Assembly (NCBI RefSeq): GCF_036588685.1
Contig: NC_086386.1
Location: 60,698,001-60,762,000, forward strand
Reading direction: 5' to 3'
Origin: Mytilus trossulus
Lineage: Eukaryota
DNA length: 64,000 bases
The notes beneath the pieces were generated by a model, which ran no database searches, was not told where the DNA came from, and worked only from the letters and a program-made list of their open reading frames with translations. The stretch's first letter is position 1; each line of letters begins with the position of its first letter. Below, piece after piece: positions 53,346 through 64,000 of this stretch. A program made the position numbers and the translations under genes.

Positions 53346-56304
53346 TTTGAACTGTCTCTCATGTGCTATACAGAAACGATATGACACAAATGGTTTCTTA
53401 TCAATCTAATTGTAGAAAAGGTGACAAAGTGTATCACAATCGGAATACAAATGCCAGCTGGTACATTTGCAAATACAGATTTGTATAAGAATATTTTGAA
53501 AGGACAACTTCCATTTAACCAATTCTTATATTTTCCATAATGGTGTAAACGACTTCAATTTTGGAAAGGAAAATTAATTTCATTTAATTGATATCTTGAA
53601 TTATTTTCGAAAGCGTGAATATGTGATAAATACGTATCTTATCGTGATATTTACAAATAATACAACCACAACTAAACACAAGAAGTTTACATACAACTAT
53701 ATATACAAAACGTAAAACGAAAAACGTAACAATTTATCACAACATATAGAATCATAGAGTAGTGGATTAATAAATGCGTCCGTTATACCCATAGCCTTTG
53801 CTGACCTGTAACTGTCTAAATGGACGATCCAAAATTGTTAAGCGCACTGTTTTTGATATCCAGCGTTGTATGTCAGTGATGGAATGTTAATTGTTGTTCT
53901 GCTGTTTGCATGATGTGTTTTAACGACATTTTTAACATTGTCATAACGCGGGAGGTCTGGTTAGCCATAAACCAGGTTGACCCGAACATTTGTTTTCTAA
54001 TAATGTCTTGTACCAAGTCAGGAAAATATGCATTTGTTATCACATAGTTCGTTTCTAGGTGTGTTAGTGTTTGCCCTCGGTTTTGGTTTGTTACCCTGGT
54101 TTGTTTTTTCTTAGTCGATTTAAGACGTTTGAACAACGGTATACTACTGTTGCCTTCATTTCAATATTTTATCAATTTGGAGAAATGTATCATACGTGCA
54201 GGAGCTACTTGAATATAAATGGAAAGACTACAATTAAAAAGATTAAATCATCTAAGTTTGTCGTTTTGAAAAACGGTAAGCTACTGTTGCTTATATTTCA
54301 AAATTCTATCAATTTGAAGAAATGTATTCAATATGCAGCAGCTACTTGAGTATAAATGGAAAGACTACAATTAAAAAGATGAAATCATCTTTGTCGTAAA
54401 GTTATATTTGTATGTTCACATCCAAACCTTATTGTCAGTTTCTTGGTGTACGTCATTGTATTAGACTAACTAATTTGTATATGTGGTATCCCTTATTTCA
54501 ACTACGACGTAGTTGTGACTTTGACCCTGAAAATTTAAAAACAATCGCTGTGATAATGTATTGAACATGTATTTGATTAAATCATGTGTCAAAATGTATA
54601 GTTGTTTCACTTCAAACTTTTTTCACATATTGGTCCATATTGGTGTGAAATTTCGTAAAACTTAAATTTTGCAGTATTTATGGCAGGTTTCTAAACAAAT
54701 AACAATGGCGCAACTCTCCTAGAAATTCATGCACTCAGTAAAATCCAAAGATTAGGAAAGGGATTGATTTATTATTACATATATAACTGTTGTTTTCCAT
54801 TCGTAAGATATGCTTTTGATTTCACGAAAGAAATCTGTTTTGAGTTTCCCTTGAAGTTCGGTATATTTGTAATTTTACTTTTAGTTCAGTATACGTTATA
54901 GTTATAATTAGGCTCCAAAATTAGAGCTAAAGGTAAAACGTCACTTCTGCAGTATTTATGTCTATCTCTTTTCCATTGTTCTTAAACTAAAATTTCAAGT
55001 GTCTGGAACGAATCTAATTTGCGGAATTAGTAATTAACAAAAATGGGTTTATATGATTACACTCAGCAAATAATGGGTCTTAGCAAATTTTGTTTTATTT
55101 TTACTGGATTTAAAAAAAATTATATTCCAAATAGAAAAGGAATGCAACCACACAGTCATCTATTTCACTAGATGACCCCAGATATGTTCCTATTGCCGCA
55201 TTTTACATTCTTTCTCTTATTCTTCGGTGATTGTGATATAACCGGATGACAGTGATTATTGAATGCTAACATCCTTTAGCAACACTACGAATATATATAT
55301 ATATATACCACGTGTGGAGCTAGGTCAGCTTATCCTTCCAGATCAGCTGCTATCACTCGACTTTTGTTGTGATTTGTGATTTGTGTTACTTACTTTTTAT
55401 TTAATTTTTGTTTGTTTTAAGACTAGTGTACTATACAAATGATAAAACAACTTTTCCACATTAGTCTGTAATTGACAAGAGATAATCTTTATTCCATAAA
55501 ACATGAGTACTACAAAACAAAATAGATATAAATACATGACCAACAACACGATCAATACTAACATTTGTGAGTTGTGGTTACAAGTTGAAGTTCTGTGGAA
55601 TATTCTTCAATTAAGAACATTATAAAACTATACATTTGTTGTTCGTTTTTATATGTAATATGTGTAAGGGTGATGTGCCACGATGTAAAAAACCCTACAA
55701 AATGTATGCTTTTGCTTTTGTCAAATACAACAAAATAGTGACAAATTATGTTCAAAACACTCACATTCAAGTAAGACACTAGTTTCACTGACCAACCAAA
55801 CTCCTTAGATGTTTAACCCCGCTACATTCTATATGTATATGCCTGTCCCAAGTCAAGAATCTGTAAGTCAGTGGTTGTCGTTTGTTGGTGTGTTACACAT
55901 TTGTTTTTGGTCAGTTTTTGTACATAAATACGGCCGTTAGTTTTCTCGTTTGCATTGTTTAATATTTGCCTTTCGGTGCCTTTTAAAGCTGTTCATGCGG
56001 TATGGGCTTTGTTCATTGTTGAAGCCCGAACATTGACATATATTTAATCAATTATGTGTCGTTTGGTGAATTGAAATTGTGGAGAGTTGTCTCAGTAGCA
56101 ATCTAATATGAGGTTGTTGTTTACATGAATTTAAACATTCTTTCTTGTTTGAAGGACGTATTTTTCATCAAACAATCTGCATGTTTTCTTGTCGGATTGT
56201 TATTGTATTCATATAAAGTACAGTTAATACAGGAACTTCAAAAAGAAATTGGCAGATTTCTTTAACTTTCCAATATATTGATTTTCTCTAACTAAATATT
56301 TCAA

Positions 56305-56810
56305 CATTTTCGGCTATGTTGGACGCATCTATTCCATCGAACTTGAGATAAAGGATAAAACAGATACAGTTTAGTCTGTCTCATATATTGAATTACATCT
56401 AGAAATTGAAAATGAGAGCGGTTGAAAACAAAGCTTTACGGCAAACGACTTGATTATAGCCTCCTAATAGTGAACTTTCTATTTCTATGTAGCAAAATGC
56501 CAGCGGTGCCAGGAGTAGATATCTCCTACGATTCTGTCTCCTGTTCCCAAATGTGATATACCGTCTAAGACTTATAACCAGGGTTGTACTAACACTAGTA
56601 ACTTACCATTTGTCACATGTGGAGCAGGATCTGCTTATTCTTCCGGTGCAACTGAGATCATACTCTGTTTTAATGGGGTACGTGTTGCTCAAACTGTAGT
56701 TTTCTTTATCATGTTTCTTTATGGTCTTTTTTTCAATTTAGTCCTGGTGTGGGCAGTTTATTTTCGACTTATGATGAGTGAATGTTCCTCTGCTTGTCTT
56801 TTGGCGTTTG
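56305..56810 (+). mobile_element. Old, degenerate Penelope-like family 1 fragment
   Basis: IYSIELEIKD.TDT / LHLEI / VNF.FLCS remnants and a catgtggagcaggatctgctta UTR block. Confidence 0.55.
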
Positions 56811-57200
56811 CGAATGCTGAAGTGTGTATAGGCATTCCAATTTTCATTGTTAGCATTTTTATCTCAACTATTTATTACATAAACGTACATATATGGGTCA
56901 TGTTTGAGTTTTCTGTGTAGTTGAGTTGAAGGAGTAAGATGTTTGTCTTTTATTGGCTTTTTTCTGACAATGTTTTTGTCTTTTTATTAGACTCTAAATG
57001 TAGTCCTTTTCCCTTTTGATGTTATAACTCCATGTAGCAACGACCAATTCAAAATGTCAGTGACTAAAGTATAAGAATGTTGTTGGCTCTTTTTATATAG
57101 AAATACAAGTGTTTTTGACTATCGATTCCTGCAAATCCGACAACTTATTTGAGCATTTATATTAAAAACACGAATCTGTATTTTGATATCTTTTATTTTA

Positions 57201-59796
57201 TTACTTAGAACAGACTACACATGTCAATGGATAATCGTTGATGTACGGTGGACATTTCAAAGATCCGCATTTGGAAAGAACTTCATAAAAAAGTTTACCA
57301 TAATGTTGATCAACGCCTCCCATAATGTATTCAGGTTGTATGTCAACGCAGACGAAAGCAGAAGCAACGTTTTCAACGTGATGACCAGAGGCTAAGTATC
57401 CGTGATATTCCTCTTTCCATCCACTGTAACATGTATTCTTCCCAGGAATCATGATCACAGATGAAGCACGAAGAGTTCTACAAAGAGCACATGGGACGTC
57501 CTGGTTATCAGAATTGGAAGCAAAAAAGTTTGAGTCAAATTCTCCACCGAACATACGACCATAATCTGACCCACTAGTCTTTACATAATTTGGATCTGGT
57601 GGTAAGCATACATATTCAGCAGGCGAGCCTGGATCGCTATATTGACCACCACCTGCAAAACCTGTGATTAAAAAAAAGAATAAGTGATAATTAAATATGT
57701 TATGTTTATATGTATACTATGCTGTTTTGTATCGTAGATTGATTATACTTTCACACGTGTAAATTCAAGTAAAATAAGATTTTTCTTATCAAATATGATC
57801 AAAGATAAACAGCATAGTATTATCATTTCATCTACATGATACTAGATAAATCAGTGGGTCTCTAATGAAAGTAGTTTACAAGTAAAATCAATAGTGAAGT
57901 TACAGAGCATTGTTAACAATTCAACAGGATAGAACACAAACCCGACACATTAAATCAGGGACGTATATATATTTTAAGTCCTTGCATTAAATATACCGAA
58001 AGATTAAAAACTCTACGATATGAGCAAGGAAATTATGATTGGCACATTACTTAGGAAGCTCTGCGCTACAACAGTAACAAGCTAATGTGGCCACAGTTTT
58101 TGCATTGTTAACAATTCAAAAGGATAGAACACAAACCCGACACATTAAATATACCGAAAGATTAAAAACTCTAAGATATGAGCAAGGAAATTATGATTGG
58201 CACATTACTTAGGAAGCACGGATAAAATATCTGCGCTACAACAGTAACAAGCTAATGTGGCCACAGTTTTTGTTGAATGCTGTCGTTCAAGTAACAACAA
58301 AGATCAGAAACATCACTGCTAAGTTGTATTGAGCAAGGAATTGTATAGTTATACTATTCCTCGTATTGACACACAAAGACATACGTAAGGGTCTGGATTG
58401 GGATTACATATACAGATCTCGTGCGCTTTAAATAGTAAAATTCAAAAGAAAATAAGGGGGTTTTAATTTATAGAATAGAGAATAATGGGCAAGTGAAATT
58501 AAAGAATACTGGAATAATGACCGCGATAAACACGCTCAAATATATAAAGTAGTATTATCTAAAGTATTGATAGTGAAACCGATGAGGCTTACCTTACAAT
58601 CATATCTGAATATTGAGGTCTTGAAACAGAAATTCATAATTCAATCTAACATAAGCACGAAGGGGAATAGCAAGACAAAGATATACACTTGTCACTAGAA
58701 ATCTTCAATGACAGAATACCCGTTCAGCTGTTAGGATTGAAGATTAGACAAGAGATCTCGTTGGAGTTATTTGATTCTGATTTTAATTAATTTTGTATCA
58801 TAAATTTAAATCACATTCTTACCTGAGTAGACTAATTCTGTGCTGTTAATTGGACATTGCTTTCTTCCCCATCTAATATACGTTGTTCCAATGCCTGGAA
58901 TATTTATTTTTAATTCGGACATATTGTAAGCACATAAACAATTATGGAATTCTGCAATTCAACATGAGTTTAGTGTAAAATACACAAATTCGCTAAATAA
59001 ACGAAAATCCAAACAACTCGTTGTTATAGTGAAATTATGAATTACCAAAGACAAAGTTTTAATATAAGACGTGTATCAAGGTTTAAATCCCAATTATATC
59101 GACTGAAGAGAAACGTTAAATGCCTTTTCTATTGTAATATGCATGACATCACATTACAAAGGGCTCAGTGATGTTCAAAAGATAAAATGGAGAAGTAGTG
59201 TATATAATATCATTATATCTAAATAGTTCTGCAGTGTATTTCTTTTTAATTTTAACTTGATTAATATCGTAATACACGGGTTAAAATTTAAGCTTGTTTT
59301 TATGGAGCAACAGATGAAGACATAAGGGCATCTTTTCAAATTAACAATGTATGAACAATATTCCTTAACTGATACAATTTTCAATATCTTTCACTTTTGA
59401 AATCTCGAATTATTAGCTAAAGACGGTACCTTGCCATCTTAAAAAGAGAAGATAAAAACCATATCTTTTTGTCTGTTAGAGTTGTGATTTCTTTTATAAT
59501 CTAGTTGTCAAATAAAGCGGATTTTTAATAAATAGTAAGTTAAAAGTATGAATTATAAACATAAAAGTCTTACTTTGAGTAGTACTAACATAATCGTGTA
59601 ACTGTTTAATAGTCTTTTCCTGTTTCTGAATTGTGATTGACTGCTGTTGTACTGTGTTATTGAGTACCGCCACGACACTTTCTAGTCGGTTTAACCGATT
59701 TACCAGTACATCTGGGTCATTCAGCAATAACCTCTTGTCTTCTGTGGTGACCAGATAAACCTTAATAAAAAGAAAATATATTAACCATGCAATCAT
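57201..59796 (-). CDS. Paralog G, intact: secreted coiled-coil + short-chain collagen C4-like domain protein, 251 aa. join(59574-59796, 58823-58894, 57201-57661)
   Basis: MIAWLIYFLFIKVYLVTTEDKR...; exons 223+72+461 nt in frame, canonical splice sites. Confidence 0.9.
57907..58272. repeat. Tandem duplication of about 195 bp with indels, intron 2 of paralog G
   Basis: gcattgttaacaattcaa.aggatagaacacaaacccgacacattaaat ... gctaatgtggccacagtttttg occurs twice. Confidence 0.85.
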
Positions 59797-61356
59797 TGTA
59801 AGACGTCTATTATCAGCTATGAGGAAATAGAGTGACACAAATTCATCCTTATCATTCTAGAGATAGAAAAGGTCATAAAGGATATCAGAAGGTTTAGCTT
59901 TAATGGTATACAAATGTCTTACTATTTCGATGTGCATATGACATATTTATAGAAAAGTGTAGTTTTGCTCTAATTATGTTGACGAATTGTATAAACGACT
60001 GATTCAATATCCTCTGTCTATAAATAACTCCGGCCATAATGTTAGACTAGTAGGTAGTATCTAGCGCATAGAAATTCAAATATTGAGGTGCAAAATGTGA
60101 CTAAACTAGTAATTTTTTTATCGTCCATTCTACTACTAAACAAGATATTAAGTCATATTCGGTCTGGTTGGAATGTTAAACATATTTTTCTGGTTATTTA
60201 AAAACTTAAAATGTTTATTCTTACAATCGAAAAGAGTAGCATGATACAGATAAAATTATGTGGTATGAGCGTTAATGAGACAACTCTCCATCGAAGTCAC
60301 AATTTGTAAGAGTAAACCATTATAAGTCAAAGTACGATCTGCAAAACTGAGCCTTTGTTCACAGCAAAAAGCAAGCTTTAAAGGGACACTAAAAGAGAAT
60401 AGTGTTAAACCATTCGAACGGGAATACCAACGATATAATGGAGAGGTGGGTGGGAGAAAGTGTTTTTTGAATTTTGTTTGACAAAATTCAGCTTTAAAGA
60501 CAGAATTTTTATTTTCAACATAGAATAAAATGTTAATTGTCGCGACAAATTCGAAACTTTGAATCCATTTTAGCGGCCTCACATGCAGATCAACAAAGAA
60601 TCGAACAGAAATCAACCGTTTTGATGGTTTTAGATGTTCCATGTCGGTTTTAGATGTTCCATACTGAAACTTAGACACTTTCAAGTCTTTGATAGTTTAT
60701 AATGATAACTAGGTGTGTTGTTAATCAATTGATGCCAAATGACTGGCAATATTTTGAAATGTCCTTTTAATGATTCCCTTTGACTCAACCAACTTAATGA
60801 AGATTACTATCATTTTACTGTTGTTCACTCAAGATCTTTTGTGTTAATGTCCGAATTTATTTTGTACGTTGCTGTATTAAAACTTCTTTGAATTATAACA
60901 ACAAATAATAGAGTGCCGGAGAGAACGGTTTTATATTGATCAGCATTTTTCAAATGACGTTGAGTCCGGCAACTATGAGTCGCCGTATGACCCTTAACAA
61001 TGATCAAAATCCATACCGTAAATCCAGTTTAAGGGGAAAATAATACAAATGAAAACACCAACCAAAAAATGTCCCATTAAGGATTTAAAGTTGATTGGAC
61101 TTCAACTTTACTAAAAACTACCTTGACCAAAAACGTTAACCTGAAGCAGGACAGACGGACGGGCGAAAGAACGGACGCAGAGACTGAACAAAATAACACC
61201 ACTAGGCGGGGCATAAAAACAAAACATATATAACAGACGTCAGACATCAACCAAAGACAATAAAAATTACTAGCTCCTGACTTGGAACAGGCACGTGCAT
61301 ATATCACTATAGAATCTGGCGAGAATCACTGTTTACGGATCGATCAAAATTGTTAA

Positions 61357-61571
61357 GGGACGACATCAAAAGATAAAAAAAAATTTAAATCAAATAGTTT
61401 GGGGTGGGGGTTAACATTGCTGCAAGTTTTATTAATCTAAAATCGATTTTACATATATCCCTATTGGTCAATAATTTTTTTCCAAATTAAGTTAAGAAGG
61501 GGTGTGTGAGGTCAGTGAAAAAACTAAATGAATTAAGTTTGTTATCCTTCATTGAACTTTTGATGTGACCC
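61357..61571. mobile_element. Small MITE, possibly Kolobok-type
   Basis: ttaa|GGGACGACATCAAAAG ... CTTTTGATGTGACCC|ctaa imperfect terminal inverted repeats. Confidence 0.45.
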
Positions 61572-62543
61572 CTAAGGGGTTAAGGTCTAAAAAAAAGTTG
61601 GACGTCTATGATTATTTCTGTATTTATCCACGTTTAATTTATTAAGAACTTTAAACTGAGGTTGAATTCTGCTGAAATTAATAAAACTACTAAGCGAGTT
61701 CTAATGCGGCATGTGACAGATGCGCTCTGTAATTGACTAAGATTGTCAGTACTTCTATAATATATATATATAGTATTACATCATAATTCTAATAACAGAT
61801 GCCATCAGAGAAATATTAAGACGCAATGTATTACGAAGTTCCATTGCAAAGATACAATCCTGAAAATTATTTCATTGATATTTTTGTAGTTGGTCTTTTA
61901 ACGTTACTTGTATCTTAGATTGTCGAAATTCAAATGCAATTCAGTTATGTTTGCATAGTTTTTAAGTTTCAGTGAATATATTGGTGTATGCCACTGCATA
62001 TCGCGATATGATAACAATGTCGTCAATGAGAGACAGGACCTCTGGCGTTGTTGGGATTTATAATCGTATGCATATTGTCAAAATAAAAAACAAAGTTAGC
62101 ATCAAATACTGTACCGAAACGATTAGAGGAAAAGATTTGTTCGGTAGCGTCATGGAGAATATGGTTCAAGATTGTTTATGTCCCCATCGTAAGCAACGGG
62201 TGGGTCATAAAGTGTGACCATTGACCGTGCCCCTTTTCGTCTTTCCATTCAATATTCGCGTTCACACTCTCGCTTTATTTTTCCTCATCCAAATCTAAGA
62301 ACCACAACACGCAGAAAAAGAAATCAGTTTTTTAATTAGGAAAATGGAAAGCCTCAGTGCGGGCATTCGTGTTCTTAGACACATGTTTCTTTTATGACAC
62401 TTTTCTTTTTTTGCATTCGAGAGATTTGAGATGAAGTCTTTTCTTGCTAAAGTTTAGTTCTTTCCATTCGCTTGTGCAGGGGAGTGTTGAGATAAATAAG
62501 TAACACAAAAAACATAAATTTGGTTTTTTTCTTAAATTTATGT

Positions 62544-63748
62544 TTACTTAGAACAAACTACGCAAGTCAGAGGATAGTTGTTCTTATATGGTGGACACTT
62601 CAAAGAACCGCATTTGGTAAGAACTTCAAAAAAGAGTTTACCAAGATTTTGATTTACGCCTCCTATAACATACTCTGGCTTTATATCAACGCAAACATAA
62701 GTTGTAGCAGCTTCATTACCATAATGTCCTGATGACAAATATCCATGATATTCTACCTTCCAGCCACTGTAACACGTGTTCTTTCCTGGAATCATTATAG
62801 CTGTGTTAGCATGATTTGTGCGACAGAGAGCACAAGGGACGTCTTCACCTACAGCATCAGAAGCATAAAAATTGGTGTAAAATTCTGCGCCGTACATTCG
62901 GCCATGATCCCCACCACTAGTTTTAACATAGTTTGGGTCTGGTGGTAGACAAACGTATTCGACAGTCGCTCCTGTTTCGATGTGCTGACCCCCACCTGCA
63001 TACCCTAAAGTTACACAAAACATTGCATACTACTAATGGTATTCAAATACATGTTGCACATGGGTTATATAAACATAAAAAGATGTTTTAAATTGTTGTG
63101 TGATTTATTTTTTTTAAACAGCTAGATTTCAAATGTACGACTCATTGTCTCTGTTGATTGATTTTTTTGCTTTACATTTTCGTTATTTCTGTGTGTATCG
63201 TGTGCTGTTTATTGGTTATTATAACGGTTATTCAATTTTTGTAAATTGGAATAACTTGTGTTTCACGATTCTTTTGAACACTTAGCAATACTACCTTATC
63301 TTTGAACTACTATTAATTGAAAACAAGACTTAAAATTAAGCATTTAACCAACAGTTATAAGTTTGGTCGCATTAAATCAAATTAATCCGTTTCTTTAAAT
63401 TTTCCTGAACAGAACAATGTAACTTTAAACTAAACTGATCAAAATATTTTTTAGCATTTGGTAGCTATACAATAAAACTTGGAAAAGACTATCTTAGTTT
63501 GATTAACTTATGTCTCATCCCTTTTGCCTATTTAAGCAAATAAAATATGTTTAAACTAAACAAAAAACCTATAGTCCACCTTGCAATGTATATGCATTTT
63601 TAAAAGAGGACAAGCACAAGGTATATTTCAATTGGTTAAACTTGAGGTGAAATTGCATATCAAATCTATAGTATACCTGAGTACACAAGCTCTGTATTAT
63701 TATTTGGGCACTGTTTTCTTCCCCATATAATGTAAGTTGCTCCAGAAT
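62544..63748 (-). CDS. Paralog H (partial; exon 1 lies beyond the window). Exons 63677-63748, 62544-63004
   Basis: 72-nt exon 2 (SGATYIIWGRKQCPNNNTELVYSG) and an uninterrupted 461-nt exon 3 ending CVVCSK*. Confidence 0.87.
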
Positions 63749-64000
63749 CTGTTAAAAACACATTTATTATAAACAGAGTTTCCAATACCCATGTAGGCAC
63801 AGAAAATTATACACTAAAATGAAATATCCTCGTATATATATTCCGTCTACATTAAGAATTTAGAAGCTTCATCGCAAAGAAATATCTAGGAGATGGCATT
63901 TGGTATGATTGCCAATAAAACGTATGAATTAACTGGTCGAAAATCTACATCTCACTCTATTAAAAATATAAGTCGATGGCATATATGTAACGATTGCCAA

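Noticed and set aside
57183-57395. Plus-strand ORFs antisense to exon 3 (also 7729-7932, 27867-28049, 62520-62732)
   Set aside because: Shadow frames of the conserved minus-strand coding exon, with inconsistent starts and stops.

Overview
This is AT-rich animal genomic DNA, not prokaryotic. The repeat families fit a bivalve mollusc, probably Mytilus-like (inference). The ORF track uses GTG/TTG starts and ignores splicing, so I rebuilt the genes by hand. The backbone is a head-to-tail tandem array of eight paralogous 3-exon genes (my labels A-H), all on the minus strand. Exon 1 encodes a signal peptide, E[E/D]KR and a Gln-rich coiled coil. Exon 2 is 72 nt (GTTYIRWGRKQCP..TELVYSG). Exon 3 is about 461 nt and, with exon 2, encodes a 10-Cys globular domain of the 'short-chain collagen C4-like' (spongin/NC1-related) type; there are no Gly-X-Y repeats. 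D, F and G are intact. A and H run off the window. B, C and E are disabled, and E has an extra duplicated exon 3. Exon-1 length varies only in whole heptads (74, 81, 88, 102, 109, 137, 144 codons), and head variation is concentrated in a few loops. This resembles an expanded coiled-coil/globular-head recognition family under birth-and-death evolution. Introns and spacers contain minimal type-I hammerhead ribozymes of two families, Naiad-like Penelope RT fragments, a BEL/Pao LTR element with an Academ-like transposon nested in gag, tRNA-derived SINEs, MITEs and recent tandem duplications.
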